A DNA stretch of 64,000 nt from positions 6,110 through 70,109 of the forward strand of contig CAYYRJ010000002.1 in the NCBI GenBank assembly GCA_964474085.1. The letters are read 5' to 3'. The stretch is from an uncultured Planctomycetales bacterium. GTDB lineage: Bacteria > Omnitrophota > Gorgyraeia > Zapsychrales > JANLHA01. Under the pieces are notes generated by a model. The model was not told the origin of the DNA, searched no databases, and saw nothing but the letters and a program-made list of their open reading frames with translations. The first letter of the stretch is position 1. Every line of letters begins with the position of its first letter. The position numbers and the translations under genes were made by a program. This document shows, in pieces, positions 37,452 through 46,844 of this stretch.

Positions 37452-37868
37452 ATGAAAAAAACAAGCCTTTTAATCTTAGCTCTTATCATCTTGACTGCCG
37501 GATGCACTTTTTATGGTGTCGATGCGCAAGAAATCATGATCGCCCCGTCAGATAAAACAACAAATTGGAAGGAAGTCCAATACCTTGAAACGGTAACTGT
37601 TCCCTACGAGGTTATCGGTCATGTGACGGTCAATACCGAACGGCGCAATAGCATGGAAGAAGTCATTGAAAAAATGAAACGACAGGTCGCTGTGCTAGGC
37701 GGAGATGCGATCACAAACATCGTCCAGACGGATAAACCAAGCCCCATCACTCACGTGCGTACCATTTATACCGGGACGGTCATTGTCTTTAAAACCGCTC
37801 CCGAAAAAACAGCTCCGGCGCAAGCTTCGACGGAAAGTACCGCACCGGCAGGAGAAAACCTTAAATAA
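37452..37868 (+). CDS. lipoprotein, hypothetical
   Basis: Lipobox LILALIILTAGC; 138 aa. Confidence 0.5.
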   Translation: MKKTSLLILALIILTAGCTFYGVDAQEIMIAPSDKTTNWKEVQYLETVTVPYEVIGHVTVNTERRNSMEEVIEKMKRQVAVLGGDAITNIVQTDKPSPITHVRTIYTGTVIVFKTAPEKTAPAQASTESTAPAGENLK

Positions 37869-37971
37869 CACTATCAATTCTCTGTTCGGTTAATCGATAA
37901 TTTTGATTTTTGTAATTTGTGTTATTTATATTTTTAAAAAGCTGAAAAACAACTATTGCTAAATTACAAAA

Positions 37972-39276
37972 ATGAGAAATAAACCAAACTATCTAATTCT
38001 TTTAATACTATCTCTACTGACAATAGTAAGCGGTCTTCCAGGTATTTTTAATTTCAATCGCTCAGTAAATATCGTTCTATTTATATTAGGCGCAGCGGGA
38101 GCGATATACTCTACGTTTTCCTCAGAGATGGAAAGAATTAGCGCCAATGAGCAGATGGATGAATTAGCCACTATATTAGCCACGAATGGTTTAGGAAACA
38201 AGTATTTAAATCGACTTAAACGAGAGATTAAGAATAAAGGATGGTATGATTTTAATAAAGCCGTTAAGCTTTTATATGAAGCATTGGCACTAAATCCCAA
38301 GGATTTAGAGGCATTAATATTGCTATCGGCAATTTTAACTTTAAATCTCTGCTTTAAGCGTTTCTGCTGTCAGAATAGAAAATTAAGTGGTTCCGTCAAT
38401 GAGGTGAAGCAATTACTTAAGGCAGGATATAAAATTGACCCCAAAAATAATGAGCTATACATTCTATCCGGGATGCTCGCTGACGTGAACTCTCAACATG
38501 AAGCCGCCCGTCAGTTATTTAGAAAATCAGCTCAGTATAATGATGGCTATGCTTGGAATTTAGCAATGTCAACTTCATATGGCATATCTGGACAATATTG
38601 GCATTCTTTGGCTGAGATGAAAACTGCAATACAAAAGGGAGCGACGGGAGCCATGGTAGATTTTTATTACGGGAGGGCACTTCTTGATACGGGGGAATAT
38701 GAAAAATCCATTTTTTATCTTAAAAAAGCTCATGAAGCATATCCTAATAATCCCGAAATATTGGCCTTTTATATAGATGCTTTTTACTATCAAGGATACT
38801 TAATGCACGTAGCACTATTAAATTTACGGATGGCTTTTTTGTTGCTTTTTATTAATCCTTCACAATCATTCAGAAGATTTACGGAAGTAATAACAACAAT
38901 TACTATGGTTTCAATATCCGGACTTTCCAGGTTGCTTTGGAACGTTTCACAATGTTTTCCGTGGCTGGCAAAATTTCACTTGGATATAATGCCTCCTAAT
39001 GAACCAGAAACAGCTTTGGGCCTTCAAATGCTTAAAAAAGAGCATTTCTACGCGGCAGAAAAGCTTCTTAAAAAGGCAGTTACTTTCTGTCCTGAACATG
39101 TACCAACTTTAAATAATCTCGCAGTTTCATTGGTGCGGACAGGACGGTATAGCGATGCAATAAGGGTTCTAGATCAGGTGCTTACCATTGATCCAGTTAA
39201 TAAATTGGCATTGTTAAATAAGGGCAATCTTCAAAAAATGCTAGAAGCTCAAAGCAAATCTATGGAAGTCTTTTAG
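37972..39276 (+). CDS. TPR-repeat protein with N-terminal membrane anchor
   Basis: Two N-terminal hydrophobic helices then multiple TPR-like repeats (AxxYxxxG...NP). Confidence 0.55.
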   Translation: MRNKPNYLILLILSLLTIVSGLPGIFNFNRSVNIVLFILGAAGAIYSTFSSEMERISANEQMDELATILATNGLGNKYLNRLKREIKNKGWYDFNKAVKLLYEALALNPKDLEALILLSAILTLNLCFKRFCCQNRKLSGSVNEVKQLLKAGYKIDPKNNELYILSGMLADVNSQHEAARQLFRKSAQYNDGYAWNLAMSTSYGISGQYWHSLAEMKTAIQKGATGAMVDFYYGRALLDTGEYEKSIFYLKKAHEAYPNNPEILAFYIDAFYYQGYLMHVALLNLRMAFLLLFINPSQSFRRFTEVITTITMVSISGLSRLLWNVSQCFPWLAKFHLDIMPPNEPETALGLQMLKKEHFYAAEKLLKKAVTFCPEHVPTLNNLAVSLVRTGRYSDAIRVLDQVLTIDPVNKLALLNKGNLQKMLEAQSKSMEVF

Positions 39277-39387
39277 AACCTTTTAAGTAAATTCATGAAG
39301 CGATATTAAAATGTCTGCCATCACGAGAATCCCAAATCGGACAGGCCACGATTAAATGACATGAGTTTTAACTTAAGATAAAAATTT

Positions 39388-40410
39388 ATGAAAGAAAAAA
39401 ATCTGCAAATACGTAACAGCACAGCGGAATTCCTGATCTTCACAGGTCAGTCGGGCGATAAAAGCATTGAGGCGCGGTATGAAGACGAAACGATCTGGCT
39501 GACACAAAAATTAATGGCTGAATTGTTTGATGTCGCTATCCCAACAATTAACGAGCATCTCAAGAACGTCTTTTCAAGCAAAGAGGTCGACGAGAAGTCA
39601 GGTATTAGGAAATTCCTAACAACTGCCGCGGACGGCAAAAAATACCATACGAATTTCTATAATCTGGACACGATCATTTCAGTCGGATATCGGGTGAATT
39701 CTTTACGTGCCACTCAATTCCGGCAATGGGCAACCCGTATTTTGAAAGACTTCGCCATCAAAGGGTATGTGCTGGATAAGAAACGGCTGGAGAATGGCGC
39801 TTTTCTTGGTGAGGATTACTACGAACGGGTATTGGAAGAAATCCGTGAAATACGCTTGAGTGAACGGCGTTTTTATCAAAAAATTACGGATATTTACTCG
39901 ACGAGCATGGATTATAACCCTCAGTCTTCTATCACCCAAGAATTTTTTGCAAAAGTGCAAAATAAATTACATTTCGCGATCCACGGATATACGGCCGCAG
40001 AATTGATTGTGCAGCGGGCGGACAGCCAAAAAAAACACATGGGATTAACGTCATGGGAAAAAAGCCCCACTGGTAAGGTATTAAAGAGTGATGTTAGCGT
40101 GGCAAAGAATTATCTGACCAAAGACGAAGTAGAATCGCTGGGACGCATTGTTAACGCGTACCTGGATTTGGCTGAAGACCGGGCGCGTCGAAGAATGCCA
40201 ATGACAATGGAAGATTGGTCAAAGCGTCTGGACATGTTCTTGCAGGTCGCAGACAGAGATATTTTAAAAGACAGCGGGAAGATAACGGCTCAGATTGCCA
40301 AAGAACATGCTGAAAATGAGTTTGAAAAATACCGTATTGTTCAGGATCGTTTATTTCAAAATGATTTTGATCGTGAAATAAAATATCTTAAAAATAAAAA
40401 AAACAAATAA
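39388..40410 (+). CDS. RhuM-family virulence/accessory protein
   Basis: WLTQKLMAELFDV...TINEHLKNVFSSKEVDEKSGIRKFLTTAADGKKYHTNFYNLDTIISVGYRVNSLRATQFRQWATRILKDFAIKGY is a close match to the RhuM family core. Confidence 0.75.
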   Translation: MKEKNLQIRNSTAEFLIFTGQSGDKSIEARYEDETIWLTQKLMAELFDVAIPTINEHLKNVFSSKEVDEKSGIRKFLTTAADGKKYHTNFYNLDTIISVGYRVNSLRATQFRQWATRILKDFAIKGYVLDKKRLENGAFLGEDYYERVLEEIREIRLSERRFYQKITDIYSTSMDYNPQSSITQEFFAKVQNKLHFAIHGYTAAELIVQRADSQKKHMGLTSWEKSPTGKVLKSDVSVAKNYLTKDEVESLGRIVNAYLDLAEDRARRRMPMTMEDWSKRLDMFLQVADRDILKDSGKITAQIAKEHAENEFEKYRIVQDRLFQNDFDREIKYLKNKKNK

Positions 40411-40439
40411 AAATCTTAATGCAAAATGCAAAATCCGGA

Positions 40440-41030
40440 TTAAATAACTTTTTTATGAATCGATTGCAATTCTTGCACGGTATTAAAGGATAGAAGCACA
40501 CCATTATCATCAACACGCAGAGTTTTAACATCCATCGGATGGTTATATAAAATTGAATTAAGCCCACGATCATCCGGCATGTTAAGAATTTCCTCGCGCA
40601 AAGCAAGACCAAAAAAAGGAGGATGACCTTTTTTATCCTCAAACGTCGGAACAAGTATTAAAGGCTGCGTGCGCAAAAATTCTTCAACGATAATATTTAA
40701 TGTTTGTATTTGGATCAACGGAAAATCCACCGGCAAAAGACCGACAGCTTGTCCCGACGGCAAAACATTTTGTAATCCTGCCTTAAAAGAAGATGTCTGC
40801 CCTAATTTATAATCTTTATTATAGACAACCTTAATCTTGTTATGCTTTAATAGAAACGGTTTGATTTGGTCAGCATACGCTCCAAGAACAACAATAATCT
40901 CGTCGAGATTGGTCGACAAAAGTGTATTTTGCAAATGCACGATTAGAGGGACACCGCGCCAGGACGCCAACGCTTTAGGAGAACCAAAGCGCGTGCTTAA
41001 ACCGCCACTTAACAGAATTAAACTGACCAT
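40440..41030 (-). CDS. MobA-like NTP transferase (molybdenum cofactor cytidylyl/guanylyltransferase, MocA/MobA-like)
   Basis: LILLSGGLSTRFGSPKALASWRGVPLI N-terminal nucleotide-binding motif; probable maturation factor for the molybdenum hydroxylase at 33651-37436. Confidence 0.7.
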   Translation of the reverse strand: MVSLILLSGGLSTRFGSPKALASWRGVPLIVHLQNTLLSTNLDEIIVVLGAYADQIKPFLLKHNKIKVVYNKDYKLGQTSSFKAGLQNVLPSGQAVGLLPVDFPLIQIQTLNIIVEEFLRTQPLILVPTFEDKKGHPPFFGLALREEILNMPDDRGLNSILYNHPMDVKTLRVDDNGVLLSFNTVQELQSIHKKVI

Positions 41031-41090
41031 GCGGGATATTATATAGCTGGCTTTTAAAAACCTTAAAAAAATTTTAAGAGGTTTTAAACA

Positions 41091-42119
41091 ATGACGTTAT
41101 TTTATATTTTAGTTCTGATTATGTTAACCGGCGCGGGAGCGATTGCCTGGATTTTGATCGCTGAAAAAAAGAAAGAATCCCCGTCAGAAAAGCCCCTGAA
41201 AACCAGCGAGCCGCAACTTTCCCCCAAAGACCTTCTGGACCGGCTTGGCCTTGAAAAACCGCTGTCAACGACACCTGCTGCCGGACAACCAACGGCCATT
41301 TTGGCATCGGCAAAAGCCGAAAGCGAACTGTCACTCAAATATGATGAGCTTCTGATGGAACATAATGAGCTCACCGCTAAATATGCCAAAATTGAAACTC
41401 TTTTTGCCGAAAAAAGTCTAGCTCTGGAAAAATCTGAAAAAACCTTAACCAATGAATTAAAAAACCAAAAAGAATTTAATAAAGTTAAGGACATTTTGGA
41501 AAAAGAAATCAAAGACTCTAAAGACAAAATAAACAGCCTGCAAGCGGATGTCTCAGGCGCCGAAACAGAAACTCAAACCCAATTAAAGCGTGTCCAACAG
41601 CTCGAGGAAAAAGTCAAAAAGCTGGAAATGGAAGTTTTGACTTCCGAAGCCGCGATCAATGATGCCCAGGCGTTAACCCAACTAGCGCGAAAACACTCTT
41701 CCGAACTTGAAGAAAAGCTGCGCACTTTAGAAAACCAGATTTTGGAAAAAAATCAAAAAATTGAAGATCTTGTCAGCCGGCTTAAAGATTTGCCAAATAT
41801 TTTCCCCAGCAACACACTCAAAAACTCTGACTTGGCGCAACCGCCCGATTCTTTGAATGTCGACGAGAAGGGGGGGCAACAAGAAGAAGATCTCCCTTCC
41901 CCCGTCTCTGTAGAACCCCAAAGGGAGGAGCCTGCTGTTGATGAAAATTCAACATTATTAAAGAATATTCCCGCTCCAGAAATTTTGCCCCATTTAGAAA
42001 AGCAATCTTCCCAAAACACAGTCATCGAAAAACCTGCTGATGGTGCGCTGACTTTACGCCCCGATATTTTAGCCAACCAACAAAATACCCCAGAATCTAA
42101 AGAAAAAACAGATACTTAA
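41091..42119 (+). CDS. membrane-anchored coiled-coil protein, hypothetical
   Basis: N-terminal TM helix then about 200 aa of heptad-rich K/E sequence and a Pro/Glu-rich tail. Confidence 0.45.
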   Translation: MTLFYILVLIMLTGAGAIAWILIAEKKKESPSEKPLKTSEPQLSPKDLLDRLGLEKPLSTTPAAGQPTAILASAKAESELSLKYDELLMEHNELTAKYAKIETLFAEKSLALEKSEKTLTNELKNQKEFNKVKDILEKEIKDSKDKINSLQADVSGAETETQTQLKRVQQLEEKVKKLEMEVLTSEAAINDAQALTQLARKHSSELEEKLRTLENQILEKNQKIEDLVSRLKDLPNIFPSNTLKNSDLAQPPDSLNVDEKGGQQEEDLPSPVSVEPQREEPAVDENSTLLKNIPAPEILPHLEKQSSQNTVIEKPADGALTLRPDILANQQNTPESKEKTDT

Positions 42120-42142
42120 TTAAAACAAAGGAGAACCCAAAG

Positions 42143-42703
42143 ATGTATTCATTAAAAATCCTTACCCTTATTGCGAGTTTGACTTTAATCTGTGCTTGCG
42201 GGGCAAACGCCCAAAGCAAAAAATCCGAACAGATTGTCTTTTTGCTTACGAATCAAGGAACCATCCAGATCAAACTTTATCCGAATATTGCGCCTAAAAC
42301 CTGCGAAAATTTCATCGGCCTGATCAATAAAGGGTATTACAATGGCCTAATTTTTCATCGTGTAATTCCAGGATTTATGATTCAAGGCGGCGATCCGACA
42401 GGAACTGGCATGGGCGGGGAGAGTGTTTGGGGCGGAAAGTTTGAAGACGAATTTTCACCCAAAGCAGAATTTAACAAACCTGGAATTCTCGCGATGGCCA
42501 ACTCCGGACCCGGCACCAATGGCAGCCAATTTTTTATTACGGTAGCCCAAACGCCGTGGCTCAATGGCCGTCATACAATTTTTGGCGAAGTTGTCGAAGG
42601 CATGGATGTTGTTGAAAAAATCGTCAATACCCCGCGCGGGACCAATGACCGGCCCAATGAAGAACAAAAAATCATCAAAGCCTATTTGCCTGAGAATGAA
42701 TAA
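42143..42703 (+). CDS. cyclophilin-type peptidyl-prolyl cis-trans isomerase, exported
   Basis: Signal peptide; GYYNGLIFHRVIPGFMIQGGDPTGTGMGG ... LAMANSGPGTNGSQFFIT cyclophilin signatures. Confidence 0.9.
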   Translation: MYSLKILTLIASLTLICACGANAQSKKSEQIVFLLTNQGTIQIKLYPNIAPKTCENFIGLINKGYYNGLIFHRVIPGFMIQGGDPTGTGMGGESVWGGKFEDEFSPKAEFNKPGILAMANSGPGTNGSQFFITVAQTPWLNGRHTIFGEVVEGMDVVEKIVNTPRGTNDRPNEEQKIIKAYLPENE

Positions 42704-42715
42704 AACATAATTGAA

Positions 42716-43540
42716 ATGAATCCTGTAATCAAAAAAGCGTTTGAAGCTGCGCAAAAAGGGCAAAGTTTTGCCTTTGCGACAATTATCAAAGCAACGGCTA
42801 AAGGCACACCGCGCAAGGCCGGCGCCAAAATGGTCGTTTTTTCCGACGGAACAATCGACGGAACAATCGGCGGCGGACGCAATGAGAAAGCGGCGATCGC
42901 GCAGTGCTGCAAAGCGCTACAAACCGGACAGGCCACAACCGTCACGTACAATTATTTTGGAAACGAAGGAGAATCTGTTTGCGGCGGGCAAATGGACGTT
43001 TTTATCGAGCCGTTTGCCGGACAAAAACACCTGATTATCTGCGGCGGCGGACATATTGCTTTGCCGTTGTCATTTTTGGGGAAACTGCTTAATTTTAAAG
43101 TCACCATCATTGATAATCGCAAAGAATTTGCCAACAAAAAACGTTTTGCTTACGTCGATAAAGTGATTTTGGGCGATCATCCTATTGATTTAGACAAACA
43201 AAAAACCGACGAGAATACCTATATTGTTATTGTCACGCAAGGCAATGAATATGATTACGCGTGCCTTAAAACCGCGATCAAAAAAAACTTTGCGTATCTT
43301 GGGGTGATCTCCAGCAAAGCCAAACGGATCAAATTTTTTAGCCGGCTTAAAAAAGATGGCATTTCTGAAAAATTATTCAGGAAAGTCCACATTCCAACCG
43401 GCTTAGACATCGGAAGCCAAACACCCGAAGAAATCGCCATTTCCATTGCTGCTGAAATCATCCAAACGACAAATAAAAACTTTATAAAATCTGCCAAATT
43501 TGCGGAAAAATCGAAACAACCCTACAAAGGAGCTCTTTAA
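42716..43540 (+). CDS. XdhC/CoxI-family molybdenum hydroxylase maturation factor
   Basis: XdhC_CoxI N-domain (FAFATIIKATAKGTPRKAGAKMVV) and Rossmann C-domain HLIICGGGHIALPLSFLGKLLNFKVTIIDNR. Confidence 0.8.
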   Translation: MNPVIKKAFEAAQKGQSFAFATIIKATAKGTPRKAGAKMVVFSDGTIDGTIGGGRNEKAAIAQCCKALQTGQATTVTYNYFGNEGESVCGGQMDVFIEPFAGQKHLIICGGGHIALPLSFLGKLLNFKVTIIDNRKEFANKKRFAYVDKVILGDHPIDLDKQKTDENTYIVIVTQGNEYDYACLKTAIKKNFAYLGVISSKAKRIKFFSRLKKDGISEKLFRKVHIPTGLDIGSQTPEEIAISIAAEIIQTTNKNFIKSAKFAEKSKQPYKGAL

Positions 43541-43541
43541 A

Positions 43542-43952
43542 ATGACAAAGCAAGAAGTCATCGACTTAATCAAAGACGCCGGCTATGGCGTGCTGTGCAC
43601 CACAGAAGCTGACCAACCTAAAGCCAGGCCGATGATGCCATATTTAGATGAAGATGGCAATTTATTACTCGCGGTTTTAAGCCATTCACGAACGATTGGC
43701 CAAGTGAAAGCCAATCCTAAGATTGAATTTTGCTTTATCGACCGAAAAATGAGTTTTGCCAGAATCAGTGGTTTGGCCAAAGTATCAAACGATTTGGAAA
43801 AAAAGGAAAAGGTTTGGAATTATATTCCGATGCTGCGCCAATACTTTAGCGGACCAGAAGATACAAAATTTGTTTTACTAGAGATTGAAACAACGCATGT
43901 CGAAGCGATGACACCGCACCAAAAAGCACCAGATGTTTTATCCTTAAAATAA
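43542..43952 (+). CDS. pyridoxamine 5'-phosphate oxidase-like FMN-binding split-barrel protein (general stress protein 26 family)
   Basis: MTKQEVIDLIKDAGYGVLCTTEADQPKARPMMPYLDEDGNLLLAV; AAGGAG RBS before ATG 43542. Confidence 0.55.
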   Translation: MTKQEVIDLIKDAGYGVLCTTEADQPKARPMMPYLDEDGNLLLAVLSHSRTIGQVKANPKIEFCFIDRKMSFARISGLAKVSNDLEKKEKVWNYIPMLRQYFSGPEDTKFVLLEIETTHVEAMTPHQKAPDVLSLK

Positions 43953-43973
43953 TTCTTTGAGAAACAAAATACG

Positions 43974-44006
43974 AGGTTGGCCTCAAAACCAACCTCTCTC
44001 TTTTTA
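43974..44006 (+). terminator. rho-independent terminator
   Basis: GAGGTTGG-cctcaaaa-CCAACCTC followed by tctctttttaa. Confidence 0.5.
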
Positions 44007-44116
44007 ACCTATCGTACTTTACATAACATATATTATAGGAAGTTGTTAATAATAAAAATATACAAGATTTTAAACGATGGTAATAACCTGTGAAATTCCC
44101 TAACTTTCTTTGGTTT

Positions 44117-44527
44117 TTATAGCGAACTTGGACTGGGTATGCCTTTGACAAGATGGGCGACATTCTCCGAAACAAGACTTTCCTTGCGCGCCGCAACAGC
44201 AGAATCTTTCGTTGCCACACGTTGGCGAACGCCAATCTGGGCATCCCCCATCTGAATCTTGATAATTTTTCCATTAACAAGCGCATCTGCAATCTTTCGA
44301 CGCGCCTGACGAACCGCTCTGCCAAAGCTTGCCCGAGAAAGCTTCATTGCCAGAGCTCCTTGAGTCTGGCTAAACATTTGGAAGTCAGCCAACTTGAATG
44401 CCTCAAATTCATCGATGAACAAAACAACTTCCTCTGGTCGGCCAGGCTTGCCCCGAGGACTAAATTGCCGCACCGCCGGCATTTTTTGAATGTAGCGGAC
44501 CTTTTTGGGACGTCCTTGCTGCGCCAT
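44117..44527 (-). CDS. DUF134 / UPF0251-family DNA-binding protein
   Basis: MAQQGRPKKVRYIQKMPAVRQFSPRGKPGRPEEVVLFIDEFEAFKLADFQ...SRASFGRAVRQARRKIADALVNGKIIKI matches the UPF0251 pattern (GRPKKxR...F.P.G...E.v.L..DE.EA.rL.D...lsQ..aA..M.VSR.Tf.R.l..AR.KiA.ALv.Gk); GGGAGG RBS before ATG 44527. Confidence 0.7.
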   Translation of the reverse strand: MAQQGRPKKVRYIQKMPAVRQFSPRGKPGRPEEVVLFIDEFEAFKLADFQMFSQTQGALAMKLSRASFGRAVRQARRKIADALVNGKIIKIQMGDAQIGVRQRVATKDSAVAARKESLVSENVAHLVKGIPSPSSL

Positions 44528-44741
44528 GCGCGCCCTCCCTTTTAAATGTTGAAAATCCAGCAAATCATCAAATGCCAGGATATTTGGATTCACATGCTCA
44601 AAATAACCGGCAGGTACTTTTAAGCATATGCTCATAAGTACTATAGTGTTCTTTTGAGCATTTGTAAAATAATATCATGGGGATTTTTAATTCGTTTTTT
44701 CCGACGAGATTTTTACAAAACAACGATTAGCTATGGAGAGA

Positions 44742-45800
44742 TTACAAACTCTGGAGGGCTATTGAGATAAAGCGAGACAGCTGCTGGACATCGCGAACGA
44801 TGTGCTCAATTCCAGCGGCAGCATCATGCTCGTGACTTTTTGTGCACAGGTTAAGCACACCTATAACCTTCTCTTCTACAATCAGAGGAATCACAATGGA
44901 GTGCTTAATTTCGGGGCGTTTTAGAAATGGCCGCAAGGATGCGTTACTTTCTGTACCCTTTATAAAAAGTGGGGTTTTTTCCTTGGCTGCAAACCCGGCA
45001 ATCCCTTCCCCAATTTTTATACGCGACTGCAGAATGTTTTTCTTGTTTTCAAGTCCGCGCGAAACCCGGATACTAAATTCCCCGGTTTGCGGATCTAAAA
45101 GCATAATCGACCCTCCCTGCGCATGCGACATTTTGATTGCGCTGTCAAGAATCGAGACCAAAAGTTCATCTTCTTGAATCGTCGCAAAAATATCTTGGGC
45201 CGCATCAATAATTTCAGGGCGGACAATTTGACTTGCCGATTGCATAGAATGCAATTTCGTTTTTTCTGATTCAAGCTCCAAAACATCCCTGACCACTTCA
45301 GCCAATAAATCCAAAATCGCATTGGCTGCCGAACTGGACATCTGCGGGACACAATGAATATCTTTCAAAAAATCATCAGCAAGAATACCTAGCTGATCCG
45401 CCAAAGCCAAATATTTTGCATCCGGCCACGGCTTATTCATCACAATCGGTCCAGCAATTAAATAAAGTTTTGCCTCGTCATTTTCAATAACTACGGGAAC
45501 GGCAAAAACATGTAGATCAAAAGGGTCAACCATCTGCAACAAACTGTCACTTTGAGTAAAATTTGCCAAAAGAATACCCTTCTCTTGATTGACCTCAAAA
45601 GCAAAAGTTTTTTTCAAAAGCGAAACGCCAAAATCCCCTTTTTGCCCTGAAGGACTCAACGCAACGATCAGCTGACCGCTGGGATCAACAGCAAAAATAC
45701 TAAGGCCAAGAACATCTTCAAATTGGTTAAGGAGATTACGCCACTTTTGCGGCTGTGACATCATTACACGAACCGAAGCGTTGACGGCGGGATTTTCCAT
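44742..45800 (-). CDS. sensor-domain protein (PocR-like N-terminal region plus C-terminal GAF domain), no output domain
   Basis: C-terminal GAF-like region GGSIMLLDPQTGEFSIRVSRGLE...KIGEGIAGFAAKEKTPLFI...GVLNL; N-terminal 180 aa resembles PocR-type ligand-sensing domains. Confidence 0.5.
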   Translation of the reverse strand: MENPAVNASVRVMMSQPQKWRNLLNQFEDVLGLSIFAVDPSGQLIVALSPSGQKGDFGVSLLKKTFAFEVNQEKGILLANFTQSDSLLQMVDPFDLHVFAVPVVIENDEAKLYLIAGPIVMNKPWPDAKYLALADQLGILADDFLKDIHCVPQMSSSAANAILDLLAEVVRDVLELESEKTKLHSMQSASQIVRPEIIDAAQDIFATIQEDELLVSILDSAIKMSHAQGGSIMLLDPQTGEFSIRVSRGLENKKNILQSRIKIGEGIAGFAAKEKTPLFIKGTESNASLRPFLKRPEIKHSIVIPLIVEEKVIGVLNLCTKSHEHDAAAGIEHIVRDVQQLSRFISIALQSL

Positions 45801-45857
45801 TTGGGCTTATTATATACCCATTAGATTTTTTAAAAATAATTTTTGGTTAAATTTTGA

Positions 45858-46838
45858 CTAGATATCCCAATCAAACTGGTTAGATTTACGTCGATCCGCT
45901 TTATTACGCATAATCAACTGATTTTCTTCGTAAACCACCAAAGAATTTGCAGGGACGCTGTGCATAATAAAAACATTGGCGCCGATTGTGGAGTTAGCGC
46001 CAACAACGGTATCACCGCCTAAGATTGTTGAGTTGGGATATATGGTGACATTACTTTGAACATCCGGATGGCGCTTGCCGCCTTTGACAATATGGCCGCT
46101 GTCATCTTTTGCAAAACTTCGTGCGCCCAAAGTGACCCCATGGTAGAGCTTGACGCGCTCTGCGATGCGGCATGTTTCACCGATAACTACACCAGTCCCA
46201 TGGTCTATAAAAAAATACCGCCCTATTTCGGCGCCCGGATGTATATCAATCCCGCTACGGCTATGCGCCCATTCAGTCATCATTCGGGGAATAATCGGGG
46301 CGCCCGACTTATATAAGACATGCGCCACGCGTTGTATGGCCATAACTTCTATAAAAGGATACGCCAAAATAATCTCTTCACGAAGCCGAACAGCGGGATC
46401 ACCTTCAAAAGCGGCTTCGATATCAGTTTGCAAAAGCTCGCGGATACTAGCAAGAGCGCAGCAAAACTCTTTTAAAATCGGCGGAGTTCGCCCGGTAGGT
46501 TTATGTGGATCACCGACTCGAACAGCTTTTCGGACTTGATCTTCGAGCTTTTTTGCGACACGTTCAAAACGGCTCGAGGTAATTTCTGCTAAAGTTGAAT
46601 GCGAAAGAGCATCATTGTCATGAAAACCCGGAAAAATAATTTGAAGCAAATCCTCACAGATCTGACCGACCGCACGCTTTGAGGGCATATTGTGGACGTC
46701 GCGGTGATTAAGCCCGCCGACCTTTTCATACGATTCTAAAAGGCTGGGGACATAAATTTGATACGCTCCATCCGAAGGCTGTGCTTCAAGAAGTTCTTTA
46801 AGCGAATCTTTAAGTGGAGAAAAATTTTTGTCCGACAT
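45858..46838 (-). CDS. cysE: serine O-acetyltransferase, long form with N-terminal extension
   Basis: SATase_N-like helix region then hexapeptide LbH DIHPGAEIGRYFFIDHGTGVVIGETCRIAERVKLYHGVTLG. Confidence 0.85.
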   Translation of the reverse strand: MSDKNFSPLKDSLKELLEAQPSDGAYQIYVPSLLESYEKVGGLNHRDVHNMPSKRAVGQICEDLLQIIFPGFHDNDALSHSTLAEITSSRFERVAKKLEDQVRKAVRVGDPHKPTGRTPPILKEFCCALASIRELLQTDIEAAFEGDPAVRLREEIILAYPFIEVMAIQRVAHVLYKSGAPIIPRMMTEWAHSRSGIDIHPGAEIGRYFFIDHGTGVVIGETCRIAERVKLYHGVTLGARSFAKDDSGHIVKGGKRHPDVQSNVTIYPNSTILGGDTVVGANSTIGANVFIMHSVPANSLVVYEENQLIMRNKADRRKSNQFDWDI

Positions 46839-46844
46839 GGCATT

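Noticed and set aside
40388-40654. 88-aa minus-strand ORF overlapping the 3' end of the MobA-like gene
   Set aside because: Alternative frame of the MobA-like gene's C-terminal region. Phe/Cys/Ile-rich nonsense composition.
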